Shown here in pieces: positions 23,671-38,497 of a DNA stretch of 64,000 nucleotides. The translations under genes were made by a program, and so were the position numbers. The stretch's first letter is position 1; every line of letters begins with the position of its first letter. Source of the DNA: Dictyostelium discoideum (Eukaryota); contig CM000152.2 in NCBI GenBank assembly GCA_000004695.1, forward strand, positions 320,001 to 384,000, in the 5' to 3' direction. The notes beneath the pieces were generated by a model that was given only the letters and a program-made list of their open reading frames with translations, ran no database searches and was not told where the DNA came from.

Positions 23671-26448
23671 TTAATTTAAAATACCTCTACCAAAATATTC
23701 AGAAACAGTAGTGAAACCATCAGGAGAACTTCTTAATAATTTAAAGAATTGATCATGTTGATTGGCGGAATCAGCTTGTGATCTTTTAATCTCTTGAATT
23801 CTTTTATTAGCACCAGCACAAGAAGGACATTCTCTTTCATTCTCACCGAGACATCTTTGATGGAAAGAATGTTGACATAAAAAGTGAACACTTGGTAAAT
23901 CCAAAGCCAATAGACAAGCGATACATTTAGTTTGTTGGAAAATTTTAGAATTTGTACGAAGTTCGTTGATTTCATGTCTCATCTTTTCAGTCTCATCGGC
24001 GTATTGTCTGATTTGAGTGTAATCCTTATCGATTTGTTGAGTTTCTTGAGACAATCTTCTAGAGATATAATCTTTGATGACGGCCAAAGTGGTATTCTTA
24101 TTTTGTGATAGGATTTGTATTACCAAGAGTGGTGGAATGAGATTCTCCTTATCGATGTTGGTCAACACCTCGATGATCTCATCTTGACAATCCTGTTTAT
24201 TGGTTGAAAAGAATGACAATGCTCTCACCCAAAGGTTTGGATCTTTTACACCATATCTCTTGCAAGCTTTGATCAAGCCATCGTAATCATTATTCTCCAT
24301 ATGGTACTCGATGATCTCATTGAATAACTCTAACTTTTCATATAAATACAATACACCCTCCTTCCAATTATGAACTTGTACTAAAATCAATGCATGATCT
24401 TGATCAAATTTTGATTTTGGATTCGTTAAAAATTCATATGCTTTCGCTTTTCTCTTTATTCTCTCATCATCAGTTTGATTGACATCATCTCTCAAATATA
24501 ACTCTAACAATGTATTATAAATTAATGATGATTCATTATTACCTTGTTGTACCATATATTCTAAAAATTTAACTAACCAATCTGCTTGTGATACAAAAAT
24601 ATGAATAAATTCTTCTGGTGCTGATTTTTGTTTAAATCCAATATTATTATTATTATTATTATTATTATTTTGATTATTATTATTACTATTATTATTTTGA
24701 TTATTATTATTTGTTACATTTGTTACAGTTGTTGTTGTTGTTGTTTGATTACTAATTGTTAAACCATTTAAATTTAAAGCTGTTAAAGAATCAAAAGCTT
24801 GAACTGGTTGATAATTTGTACATAATTTCATTAAGACACCAGTAGTTTCTTCAGGAATTTCAGAGACTAATTGTTTACCATATTTTTTAAGATTTTTATC
24901 AGCTTCTTCCCAATCAAGTGTTTGAATGTAATCTAAAGCTTTTCTATATTCATTGAGATCCTCCAAGAGAATTTTAAGATACCAATCGTGACGACTATGT
25001 TTTGATGCTAAAAAGAGTGCACGATCGAAATAACCACCTTGACGACAAACTTTAATTGCTGTCTCGACATCGAATGTACCATTGTCTGTCATAATGAAAT
25101 GATCGAGTTTCTTTACATCCTTTAATTTGGTATAACAATTCAAGAGTAGTGTAGTGTGGTTGGCTGTGGCTAAATTCTTCTCATGCAATGCTTGAATGTA
25201 TGATGTAAGATTATGAATTCTTTGAGCGTCCAAGAACTTTCTAATGACATAAGATGGCTCCAACTGACCAATCGTGCAAAGGTATTGGGTGATGGCGCCG
25301 TCGTAGTCGCCCTTGGCATACAACCTGTCGCCATACTCCCTATAGACGTCTGCAATGGCACTATTGTCATAATGCTGTGACTTTGCTAAATCGATAGCCA
25401 CTTGATATGAATGCTTCTTAAACAAGGTTTCCAACTTGGTTTGTGTGTCTTTCTCCTCCAATTGAAACACCTTACCATCGGCACCAAATATGAAAATTGA
25501 GCCCCACTCACTGCAAATATGAGACACTGTATCGAACTTCTCTGTGAAACCAATATATTTATTCTTTAAATCATAGATATTCAATACATTGTTTTTCGTG
25601 TTTTGCACCATAACCGATGGCGACCCAATACTACCTGTCTGACTACCCAACCCACCTATGCTATTCTGTCCGCCTACCACAGCACCTGGGAACAAGGCAT
25701 TGGTGTTGTTAGTGTCATATCCAATCACTACCAAATAGGAACGGAACCACAGCACTTTGGTCTTCACACCTGTGAAACCAAAACACGGTCCTCTTCCATC
25801 CACATTATAGAAATAAATTGCATCTGATCTTGCTATAATTGGCGACCCATCGTCACTCATTAAAAACGAGCCGATGTCACCCCCCTCATCGTCTATTATC
25901 GTCTCTTGATCTTTATGTGCTGTATGATAGGTTATAACATGTGTTGTTGTCACTACAAACAACACTGCACCCGCACTCGCACTCTGTTGACTCTTTGTTG
26001 GGAAAAACCCTAACCCTGTAATTGGCGAATCGTTTGGTACTTTGATAATCTTTTGTTTAATAACTTTATCTCTAAATATATCTGCTCTAATTATAATGAT
26101 TTCACCATTTGCTAAACCAACGATAATCTGTGACAAATCTTCCAACAATGTGAAACATGTTACTGTAACTGATTTCTCTAATTTAATAGATCTAACACAA
26201 ATTGGTTGTTCATTCTTATCAGTTTTATCAAGATTCCAAATTTTTAAGATTGCTGCACCACCAATATCATCATGACCAACTGAAGAAAGGAAATTTCTCT
26301 CCTTTAATTGATAAATTAATGATACTGATTGTTGATATGCTTGAAATGATGATATTCCAAATTCTCTATCTACAAAATTAATAAAACCTTCTGCATCACC
26401 AATAATTAAACTACCACGACCACTAGTTGTACATGTAATTGATAATTT
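23671..26448 (-). CDS. vps11: Vps11 (HOPS/CORVET core subunit) exon 2: beta-propeller, clathrin-heavy-chain-like repeats, C-terminal RING-H2
   Basis: C-terminus CIACLLALDLPSVHFLCQHSFHQRCL...CPSC...FTTVSEYFGRGILN closely parallels human VPS11 (LPSVHFLCGHSFHQHCF...CPTC...FSVIADYFGRGVFN). Also YVIRKFLDAQRIHNLTSYIQALH and TTLLLNCYTKLKD match. Confidence 0.85.
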   Translation of the reverse strand, partial: KLSITCTTSGRGSLIIGDAEGFINFVDREFGISSFQAYQQSVSLIYQLKERNFLSSVGHDDIGGAAILKIWNLDKTDKNEQPICVRSIKLEKSVTVTCFTLLEDLSQIIVGLANGEIIIIRADIFRDKVIKQKIIKVPNDSPITGLGFFPTKSQQSASAGAVLFVVTTTHVITYHTAHKDQETIIDDEGGDIGSFLMSDDGSPIIARSDAIYFYNVDGRGPCFGFTGVKTKVLWFRSYLVVIGYDTNNTNALFPGAVVGGQNSIGGLGSQTGSIGSPSVMVQNTKNNVLNIYDLKNKYIGFTEKFDTVSHICSEWGSIFIFGADGKVFQLEEKDTQTKLETLFKKHSYQVAIDLAKSQHYDNSAIADVYREYGDRLYAKGDYDGAITQYLCTIGQLEPSYVIRKFLDAQRIHNLTSYIQALHEKNLATANHTTLLLNCYTKLKDVKKLDHFIMTDNGTFDVETAIKVCRQGGYFDRALFLASKHSRHDWYLKILLEDLNEYRKALDYIQTLDWEEADKNLKKYGKQLVSEIPEETTGVLMKLCTNYQPVQAFDSLTALNLNGLTISNQTTTTTTVTNVTNNNNQNNNSNNNNQNNNNNNNNNIGFKQKSAPEEFIHIFVSQADWLVKFLEYMVQQGNNESSLIYNTLLELYLRDDVNQTDDERIKRKAKAYEFLTNPKSKFDQDHALILVQVHNWKEGVLYLYEKLELFNEIIEYHMENNDYDGLIKACKRYGVKDPNLWVRALSFFSTNKQDCQDEIIEVLTNIDKENLIPPLLVIQILSQNKNTTLAVIKDYISRRLSQETQQIDKDYTQIRQYADETEKMRHEINELRTNSKIFQQTKCIACLLALDLPSVHFLCQHSFHQRCLGENERECPSCAGANKRIQEIKRSQADSANQHDQFFKLLRSSPDGFTTVSEYFGRGILN

Positions 26449-26534
26449 CTTTTTTTTTTTCAATAATAATAATAATAGTAAAAAATAAATTAGTATTAAA
26501 TTCTTATTAATATTATTTTTTTGTGAATACATAC

Positions 26535-26615
26535 TTGTAACGAAGATCCATCTTCTTTTTCAACCTGTTTTACAGTCTCAATATCAAAGAATGTGAATCT
26601 CTTCCAATTATTCAT
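26535..26615 (-). CDS. vps11: Vps11 exon 1 (MNNWKRFTFFDIETVKQVEKEDGSSLQ), phase 0; intron 26449..26534 (GTATGT...AAAAAG)
   Basis: Matches the VPS11 N-terminus (WRRFVFFDKELVKE). The track ORF N-terminal MYSQKNN...LLLLKKKKK is intron read-through. The upstream in-frame MIFLIFFFFFF is a poly-T 5'UTR. Confidence 0.65.
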
Positions 26616-26767
26616 TCTTTTTGTATTCTTTAATAAAATGAAATTGTAATTTTGGCGAAAAAAAAAAAAAAAAAAAATCAAAAAAATCAAAAAAAAAAAA
26701 ATTAAAAAAAAAAAATTAAAAAAAAATTAAAAGAAAAATAAAAATAAAAAAATAATTAAAAAAAAAT

Positions 26768-26802
<35 letters not shown>

Positions 26803-27067
26803 TAGAGAAAATAATTTGACCTTTAACCTTTATTTGAAGCAAAATATCCTTAAGGATACTTAATTTTTTTTTTTTTTTTTTATTTTTTTAATTTTTTTTT
26901 ATTTTTTTTTTTTCTTAAACAACAAAGAGGTGCGCTTTGTGACCAGTGTATGGCGAGGGTTGTTATCTAATACCTAAAAACTTTTTAATTTTTTAAATTA
27001 ATTTTTATTTTATTTTTTTTAAATTTTATTTTATTTTTTGTTTTTTTTTTTTTTTTCAAAAATAAAA

Positions 27068-27108
<41 letters not shown>

Positions 27109-27204
27109 TATATTTTTTTTTTTTAATTTTTATTTTTTTTTTTTCTTTTTTTCTTCAAAAACATTTTAAAAATCAATACTTTGCGGTTGCTTTATGACGC
27201 TTCC

Positions 27205-29089
<1,885 letters not shown>

Positions 29090-29184
29090 GTAAGTAAAAA
29101 AATAAAAAATAAAAATAAAAAATAAATAAAAAATAAAGATAAAAAAATTAATTATAATTATAATTATAATTATTATTATTATAG

Positions 29185-32100
29185 TTAGCATTAGATTCAC
29201 AAGGTTTATATGTTGGAGATCAAAATGCAATGAAAGCAGCAGGACATGAATTAAAAGGTTTAATGAGTTATTATAATTGTAGAGTTGAAGGTTTACATCA
29301 TCCATTAATGGCATTAATTGATTATAGAGGATATCGTTTAGTTGCAATGTCACTATTACCAATTAATTCAGATACGATTGTTTATGGAAGTAGTGATGGT
29401 GGTATATCAGTTCATAACTCTGATGAGGATTTCAATCAAAAGATGATAGAATCTGCGAAAATATTGAATATTAAAGGTCATATGGTAGGAAAAGATGAGC
29501 AGAAACTTTTGTATTCATGTGGTGACATTGAGGGACATATCGGATCCGATAGTAAGAGGTATCTATTGGATTTCGCTAGAGTGTTCCCACCACAGATGAA
29601 ACTATTCGATAAAGGACCACCAACTCATCTATTCGAACTCATTAGACCCGAACTTGTAAAATCAAACTCTGTACCATTATCATCGGATGCTTTAACGGGT
29701 TGGGGTAAATTCGACTCGCTGGCATTGGAGCATAATAATCAAGTGAAGGAAGCATCGTTCAGATTGTTTCTAAAGGTTATACCAGAGCTTGCACATTATT
29801 TGAATAATTTGGATAAGAGAGAGATTCATCTAACACAGGAACTTCACAGGGTCGGTGTAAATTGTAGACATATGGGTTTGGTTAGAAGATATGTAAAGAA
29901 TAAATATGTAAGAAAGATACTGTTGGATGAGATTATGGCAAGAACTATGAAATCAGAGATGATGCAATTGTTTAGAAGTAAGATGAAGACTGCGGACACT
30001 CCATCTGAAGAGCCTTTCAAAGAGGTGGTGGTACAATATTTGAATGCTCTCTTCAAGTATGAGGATTCTGTCACTACACCAGGTTGTAAAGTTTGGCCAC
30101 GTTCCCTAAGAAAATCAATTGAAAAGAAATTCTTTGGAACTTTTCAAATGAATGATACCAACTCTAGTGTGATCACTTTTGAGAAGATTCAAGGCAAACG
30201 TTTTGATGAGGATGCCATAAAGAGATTTATAAAGGGTGCAAGTTTCACCATTCAAGAGGAGATGTTTGTAGATAGTGTAGATATACCAAATGTAATGAAA
30301 CGTTTCAATCAATTGACTGGTGTCGGGTTAACTAGTAGAGCATTGAGAGAGATCACCAAACATGATGGTGTTAGATTGGTACAATCCGATGTAAAGAGAA
30401 TGAAAGCCAAAGTTAAGGCACATCATTTGGTGGAGTTTGCCGAAGGTATGGTTCTTTGGGATGAAGCAAAGAAGGAGAAATCAAGAGAAAAGATAGAGGG
30501 TGCTTTCTGTCCTTGTCCAGTGACATTGATCAATGGTGATGCTGCCGATAAAATCACAGATCGTCTCTTTGGCTTGGCAGATGACCATTTTCGTAGCGCA
30601 TTATCAGTTTCACCGCATTCAGCAGAGGTCACTGCAAATTGGGCAATGATGTTGATGGAAAGAGCAAGAATGTCAAGAGAATGTGTGCCACAAGAGGCGG
30701 ATCTCTATTATAATGCCGCCGAGGAAAAGGTTAGATCATGTTTGGCCGATGGTGGTAAACCAAAGATTGCATTGGAGAATGTATTATTAGAGTATTCGGA
30801 ATTCCTTTGTATTTGGGGTACTACCACCGACCAAATCTTGGATCTCAATGAAGCCAATGGGCTAAAGAGTAAAGTATTTAGTAGAGCAAGTAAAAAGTTG
30901 AATGAATGTGTCAAATTGAATCCATCAAAGTTTGCATTGGTTTTACAAAAATCGAAAATCATCGATAACCTATTTCATCAATCATCATTCTTTAAACAAT
31001 CTGCAGCAGTCTATGCAGCGGTTTGTACCATTTGCGATTGTTTGATACAATCATTCCTAAATATACCTCCACAATATTATAGAGAGATTGCAGAGGTGAT
31101 CATTCAAAATCTCAATCCAATGGATTTAATGAAATCGGATCCAGAGGCAATAGGTAATCCAACGATCAATGGTGAGAATATGTTTGATAAAATTAAAGCC
31201 GTCAATGATATACCATTGAAAAATGTACTCTCCACTAGAAAGGATGAGAATGAAATCAATTACCTCTTGGAACATAATCCATTAGAAATATTGAAAGCGG
31301 AAATGGGTGTAATGTATCTACGTTATGGTTACACCTCTCATGTCTATGGTATTCAATGTTCAAAGAGACAACACACCAAAATGGCATCAATAAAGTTATT
31401 CAATAAAACAGGCGGACTCTTTCAACGTGGTATCGATATGGATTCCTATAATAAGGATTTCATGTTGGATCATATTAAAAAGTTTACCTCGTCAAGTCAG
31501 TTTGTTGAATTCTATCAATCAATCATTGGTTGTCCTTGTATTATGGAATTTGTAAAGGATAGACTATCGAGAATCGCTCATATGTCTCTAAAAGATTGTA
31601 ATCATCTCTCTATAGAATTTGTTGAGGGTGTAATTGAACTATCACATCGTGTTAGAATGTTGGTATTGGATGGTTGTACTCAGATCACCAATGATACCAT
31701 CAAATTAATCATTAGAAAGTTACCACATTTAGAAACACTATCTTTAGCTGGTTGTCAAAATATTTCAACCATTATACCCAATTCAATGTTGAAAGAGTTT
31801 CAACAAGATAAACAAAAACAACAACAACAACATTTACAACAACAACAACAGCAACAACAACAAGATCAAAAAGAAAATAAAATTTGTTCATTATTTGATA
31901 AAAATTGTCATTCAAGTAGTAGTAGTGGTAATAGTAGCAGTACAAGTATTAATAGTAGTACAAATATTGGTGGTAATCAATTTGGTGGTGGTCTTACAAC
32001 TAGTGGTGGTACTTTAGGTGGTGGTGGTGGTAGTAGTGGTAGTTTATCAAATTCAAGTTCACCTTCAAATTCATTTTTATCAACTTCAAATTCTTCAAAT

Positions 32101-33709
32101 TCATCATTCTCTTCAGAGAAAACAACTTCAGTTAATCATAGACATAGTATTTCTGCAACATTAAATGTACCATTTGTTAGTTCAAATTCATTAGCACAAT
32201 CATCACCTGGTAGTCCAATTTCACCAAGAATAAATAATAGTAATCCATCACCATCACCATCATCAACTTTACCACAACATAATTCAACATCAAGTTTAAT
32301 ATCACCATTATCATCATCATCATCATCATCTCAATCATCATCTCAATCATCATCAAATGTTAATACAACTGTATCAATGTCAACAACATCATCATTGGAA
32401 TCATTTGTATATGTTAAACCATTTATAAATTTACAAAATTTAAATTTAAATGATTGTAAATCAATTAATGATCATCAATTAATTAATATAGCTCTAATGC
32501 AATTACCATTGGTAAATGTTTATTTGAAAAGATGTAATGTTTCAGATTTATCAGTGGTTCAATTGGTTCAAAATTGTCCAAGATTATCAACTTTGGAACT
32601 CTCTTATACAACCATTACAGATCAATCAGTGTTGGCAATCTCAAGTGGTTGTTTATCTTTGAAAGAATTACATTTGGATGGATGTTTAGCGGTTGGTTGG
32701 TTATCAATTGAAAAGTTGGTTAGAACGATTCACGATATACGTTTACTATCATTGGCTGAATGTCCTGGTGCTGCCAATGATAATACTTTACGTTTGATTG
32801 GAAAGTATTGTACCAATATGCATTTCTTAACATTGTCTTCAAATACTACAATAACCGATTCCGGTATGATTAGCATGTGTAAACATACAACTTAACCTAT
32901 TGGATTTGAATATCAATTTTTGTGGAAATCTAACCGATGCCTCTATCAATCAAATCGCCGTTAGTTGTGTCAAACTTCGTACTTTGAAAATGATTGGTCT
33001 TAATCATGTCACCTCTTTGAAATCAATTGGTACTCATTCTTTGGATTTGGTTTATTTGGACATTAGTGAGTGTCATAAGATCTCTCAGGGTTTGGGCGCA
33101 ATTGCAAAGGGTTGTTCGAAATTGACAACTTTTAAACTCAAGAGATGCTATGGCTTCAAGGATGCTTCATTAATCTCTGACGATGGCGATCTTCATCTAA
33201 TGCAACGTTTAACCATTTTAAATTGGAGTTATGTAAACATTGAATTCAATGCCATTCACTCCATATCTCATAGTTGTCAATACCTAACCAGTTTAAATAT
33301 CTCCTATTGTAAGAGTTTAAATGATAATGCCCTCGAAAGAATTGCAAACTCTTTGACAAATATAAAGAAATTGAAATTTGATGGAATTATCAATATCACC
33401 GATGATGGTATTAAATCGCTAAGTGATGGTCCAATCTTTAGTGCAGTCGAAGTTTTGTCAATGGTAGGTTGTAGAAAGATCTCTGATGTTTCTGCTCATC
33501 ATATCCTAAGATTTAATAATTTGAGAAAGTTATCAATTGGTGGTTCATTAATGACAACAAATGGTGTAGATATTATTGCTTCAAGTTCATTTGAATTGAT
33601 TAAAATTCATGTTAGAAATTGTTTAAATATTAATCCAACAAGTTTAAAAGAAAATCATCCTCATATATTTATAGATACAACTCAAAAAGATTATAATGTA
33701 TTTATTTAG
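29185..33709 (+). CDS. same gene, exon 2: rest of the CLU domain (LALDSQGLYVGD...LMALIDYRGYRLVAMSLLPINSD...KRYLLDFARVFPPQ), long linker, then at least 10 cysteine-containing leucine-rich repeats (LDGCTQITNDTI..., LSLAGCQNIS, LNLNDCKSINDHQL...). Apparent +1 frameshift at the TT of 32892-32893
   Basis: Acceptor TTATTATAG|TTAGCA (29183-29184). Track ORFs 29230..32895 and 32900..33709 (TTG pseudo-start) are adjacent frames. Deleting one T gives ...CKHTTNLLDLNINFCGNLTD, restoring LRR periodicity. Confidence 0.65.
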
Positions 33710-33733
33710 AAATAAATAAATATAAAAAATGTA

Positions 33734-33776
<43 letters not shown>

Positions 33777-34072
33777 AATTTTAACTATTTTTTTTGTTTT
33801 TTTTGTTTTGGAATTTAAAAATGGTTTTTTTTTTTTCAAAAAAAATGTAATTAATTAATTTAATATCTATTGATATTTTGGATTTTAGATATTTTTTTTG
33901 AAAAAAAAAAAAAAAATTTTACATGGAAAATTCCGAAACCTGACAGTTATGAAAAAAAATAAAATTGAACTGATATGACTTTAACTAAGCCAAAAAATTA
34001 ACATAAAAAAATAAACATAAAAAAATAAACATAAAAAAAATAAACATAAAATAAAAAATATTAAAATATAAC

Positions 34073-34114
<42 letters not shown>

Positions 34115-34339
34115 AAAAGTATCGATCCCAAATCATTTATTTTAATATTTTTTTTTTTTTATTTGAAAAAATCTTTTTTTTTTTTTTTTTTGATTTTTTT
34201 TTTTTCATTTTTTTTTTTTTTTTTATTTTTTTTTATTTTTTTATTTTTTTTATTCACTTTTTTTTTCTAAAAAAAAAAAAAAAAAAAATTAAAAAAATTA
34301 AAAAATAAAAAAATAAAAAAATTAAATTAATCATTTTAA

Positions 34340-34377
<38 letters not shown>

Positions 34378-34429
34378 CTTCTTTGTATTTTTTTTTCTAT
34401 TTATATTTATATATTTAATATTTATATTT

Positions 34430-34465
<36 letters not shown>

Positions 34466-34756
34466 TATATTTATTTATTTATTTATTATTGTTGTATTCA
34501 AATTATCCCCTTTTATATTTTTATTTTATTTTTTTTGTTGAATATTTATTTTTGTCCAATAGACATATCAATCAAAAATCCAACCAACTCAACAACCAAT
34601 TAGATTTAATCTTATAAAAAAAAAAATTTTTTTTGAAAAAAATCATCAACTCCCACACACAATCTCAACTACACAACTCCCACTCCCCAAAAAAAAAAAA
34701 TAATAAAAAAATAAAAAAATAATAAAAAAAATTCAAAAATTCAAAAAACAAAAAAC

Positions 34757-34770
34757 CACCCACACACACT
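34757..34770 (+). promoter_or_regulatory. CA/C-rich G-box-like element (CCACCCACACACAC; two further boxes at 34650-34663 CTCCCACACACAAT and 34677-34688) in a G/T-depleted promoter 45-160 bp upstream of the RhoGEF ATG
   Basis: The sequence resembles the CA-rich / G-box half sites bound by the Dictyostelium G-box binding factor in post-aggregative promoters. Region 34560-34800 is almost exclusively A and C on the plus strand. Confidence 0.3.
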
Positions 34771-34813
34771 TATAGATACAAATAAAATCAAATAAAATCA
34801 AACAAAACAAAAA

Positions 34814-37711
34814 ATGAGTAATTCAATTAGCAAAGGGTTAAAATCAACATTCTTTAAAAAAGAAACATCATCTCTAAAAGAAAAAGAAAAAGAAAAAGAA
34901 AAAGAAAAAGAAAAAGAGAAAGGGAAAGAAAAAGAAAAAGAAAAAGATAAAATAAAAGAGAAAGAGAAAGAGAAAGATAAAGATAAAATAAAAGAAAAAG
35001 AGAAAGAAAAAGATGTAAAAAAATCAGAACCAATATCGACACCAACCAATACAAGTCCAACCAATTCAACATTATTCTCATCACTCGATACCTCTGATGC
35101 ACATTTATTAAGTACACCCACCACTGGTGGATCAAGGTTATCTGTTAGTTCAGTAGCAAAACAGTTAAAAGATAAACAAAATGTAAATAGTACCCAACCA
35201 AATAATAATAATAATAATAATTCACCACCTTTATCAAGTACACCACCAACTACAACCAGTACACCAAGTGCTGTAAAATCAATGCCATATAGACCAATAC
35301 GTTCAGCAACAACAAATTTACCAAACACAACACCAACACCAACCACAACCACAACAGAAAAAGTTGAAGGATCTGTATTTTTTAATAAGAAACCTTTAAA
35401 TAGTACCAATAATAATAATAATAATAATACCCATGCTGTAATGTCATCATCAACACCAACATTGCCATCAGTTACATTAAATCGATTTAAAAATGCAGCT
35501 CAACCAAATTCAACAAATTCACCAAATACGACATCACAACCATCATTTATTAAAAAATCACCAACATTCACTTCTTCAACATCACCAACTTTATTATCAT
35601 CATCAACTGGAGATTTATCATCAACTTCATCATCATTGTCATCAACAACAGGTAGAAAATTACCAACACTACCAAGTCAAAGTAGATTCATTTTATCACC
35701 AACTGAATCATCATATGATACAAGTAGTTTTTGTGGAAGTAGTAATAATAGTTCAACATGTAGTAGTTTAGCTTCATCAACATCTTCATTACCAAGTTTT
35801 TCACCTTCAAATGGTAATGGTTTTGCATCTGTGAAACCAGTTGTAGAAAAGACAACAAACACAAATACCACACCACCAACATTATCAAGACAAAATACAC
35901 CACCAAACGTTTCAACATTTTCATCAAATCAAACCACACCATCAACACACTCATCAGCACCAACAACACCATTATCAACATCTGCAACTAATTCACCAAC
36001 GATTACATCACAACAATCATCAATTATGAAATCAAAAAGACCAGCATTACCACCAAGAAATGAACTACAATCAAATGCTGGTGTTATGGTTGTACCAAAA
36101 TTAAAACCAACTCAAACTAATCAACATAAACCACCACTTTCACCAACTAATGAAGCTCAAAGATTATTTTTAAAGAAAGCAATTAATGTTGATGATGAAG
36201 AAAAATCAAATTCAAGTGATGATGAAAATTCACCAAGAAATTCAACTTCAACAACTACAACTACAACAACTACAACTACAAAACCAACCACAAAACCCAC
36301 AACAACAACAACAAATAGTAATAATAATAATTCAAATACTACATCACAAACAAAATCAAGTACATCATCAGAAACAACAACAACAACAACAACAACAGAA
36401 TCAAAAATTGAATCACCAATAATAAATAAAAAGAAATCAGATCCAAAATCAGATTTAATTCAAAGAAATTATTTAGTACAAGAATTATTATCAACTGAAA
36501 AGAAATATGTAAATAATTTAAATAGAATTATAACAATATTTTTAATGCCATTAAGAAATAAGATACAATCAAAGGATAAAATATTGAATATGGAAGAGAT
36601 TAATCAAATCTTTTCAAATATTGAAACCATTTTTAATATTCATAAAACGTTTTTAGTCGATTTTGAAAGTCGAATTGAAAATTGGACAGAGACGAGTAAA
36701 TTGGGTGACGTTTTTAGAAAGATGAAACCATACTTAAACTCTTATAAAATCTACTCCAACGCTTACAATGGCAGTATGTTAACCATTAGAAGTTTAATGA
36801 AATCCTCACCATCATTTGCAAATTTTCTACAGAAATGTTTGGAGAAACCAGCTTCAAAAGGTTTGAATTTATCCAGTTATTTAATTATGCCAATCCAACG
36901 TATACCTCGTTATCGTTTGCTATTGGAGTCCATTATAAAGTACACTCCAACCACTCATGAGGATTACCAGGATTTGGTGTTGGGCAATCAGGAGATCTCC
37001 TTGTCCGCTATGGAAATCGATGAGAAGCTAGCACAGTACCAAATCGCTCACAAGGTATTGGATATTCAAAATAGTTTGAATGGCTTGGAAGAGGATATTG
37101 TCACGCCAACTCGTGTGTTCCTAAAGGAGGGTGACTTGAAGAAGATCTCGGATCGTGTTGTAAATACTCGTCATTTCTTTCTGTTTAATGATTTATTGAT
37201 TTATTGTAAAAAGGAGAGAAAGAATACCTATCGTTTCAAAGCTTCTTTTCCTCTATTGACCTGTTGGGTTAAAGATATACCCGATACTCAAAGATTCAAT
37301 AATCTCTTTCAAATCATTTCAACAAAGAAAACTTATTTCCTTAGTGCTCCATCAAGTGAAGAGAAACATTCTTGGATGAAACTTTTAAATGAAGTCATTG
37401 ATAAAATGGTTCAACAAAATCCTGAATGTTTATCACAACGTCAAACTATTTATGAAAGACGTGGTTCAATGTCTCCAACTGAACTATTCAATAGTTTAGA
37501 GAAATCAATTCCAATTGGTTTTGAAAATGGTGGTGGTGCTATAAATTATAATAGTACAAATAGTATTGGTGGTGGTATTATTGATAATTTAAATATTAAT
37601 ACAGATAATGCAACCAATAGTAATGGAGGCGGTAGTAGTTTAAATGTTTCTTATAATGGTATTTCAAATGGTCATGGTAGTGTTGGTCCAATTAATCATT
37701 CAAACAGTAAC

Positions 37712-37746
<35 letters not shown>

Positions 37747-37894
37747 TAGTAGTAGCAATAATAATAATAATAGTATAACAAATAGTAATAGTACCAGTAG
37801 TGGAGATTTAAATACGAAGTCAATTTGGTTAAAAGATCAAATGACAAAAGCTTGTATGTTATGTACTTCAAGTTTTACAATGACAAGAAGAAGA
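34814..37894 (+). CDS. FGD-like RhoGEF exon 1: KEKEKE-repeat and Ser/Thr/Pro-rich N-terminus, Dbl-homology (DH) domain, PH domain, first half of a FYVE finger
   Basis: DH motifs LIQRNYLVQELLSTEKKYVNNL..., NIETIFNIHKTFL, LIMPIQRIPRYRLLLESIIKYTP. PH-like VFLKEGDLKKI...RHFFLFNDLLIYCKK...SWMKLLNEV. FYVE WxxD...CxxC..RRR then GTATGT donor at 37895. Confidence 0.85.
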
Positions 37895-37948
37895 GTATGT
37901 TTTTTTATTTTATTTTAAAACCTATTTAAAAAATTAGTATCTAATACT

Positions 37949-37989
<41 letters not shown>

Positions 37990-37995
37990 CTAAAG

Positions 37996-38184
37996 CATCA
38001 TTGTAGAAAATGTGGTAAAATATTTTGTAATGATTGTTGTCCAGTTCAAGATTTATCTCAATATCTTCAAGGTAAAAAAGTTAGAGTTTGTAAAACTTGC
38101 TTTGAAGAGATTGAGGTTCAACTCATGGTAATGAGTAATATGGAAGAAATTAGAATCGAAGAAGAATCAAACAGTTTTAAATAA
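37996..38184 (+). CDS. FGD-like RhoGEF exon 2: completes the FYVE zinc finger (RRR|HHCRKCGKIFCNDCC...RVCKTCF)
   Basis: Acceptor CTAAAG at 37994-37995 after a T-rich tract. The R(R/K)HHCR-x-CG FYVE signature is reconstituted only after splicing; TAA at 38182. Confidence 0.7.
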   Translation, partial: HHCRKCGKIFCNDCCPVQDLSQYLQGKKVRVCKTCFEEIEVQLMVMSNMEEIRIEEESNSFK

Positions 38185-38497
38185 ATTAATAATTGTATTT
38201 GATTGGGAGTGTATAAATAAAAGTAAAATATAAATAAAAAAAAAAAAAAAAAAAAAGATAAAATAAAATAATTAATTCCATTAAAAAATGGATAGATAGA
38301 ATTGGCATTTAAATAAAAATTATTATTTTTTTATTTTTAATAAACTTTTATTATTAACATTTATATTTTGTTAATAATAAATTTTCCAATTATTAAAATA
38401 TATATATACAGTAAAGTTAACTTTTTAAAAGGGTTCAAAAGTGGGGATTTAATTTTATTTTAATTTTTTTTTTTTTTTTTGTTAAATAATATTACAT

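Noticed and set aside
26616-26690. N-terminal extension MIFLIFFFFFFRQNYNFILLKNTKR of vps11
   Set aside because: Poly-T 5'UTR translation; VPS11 orthologs begin at the W-K/R-R-F-x-F-F-D motif encoded from the second ATG
32900-32902. Track start codon 'M' at 32900 (and at 45072, 39772, 27181)
   Set aside because: These are TTG/GTG codons translated as Met by a bacterial-style ORF caller; the real continuity comes from splicing or frameshift as described
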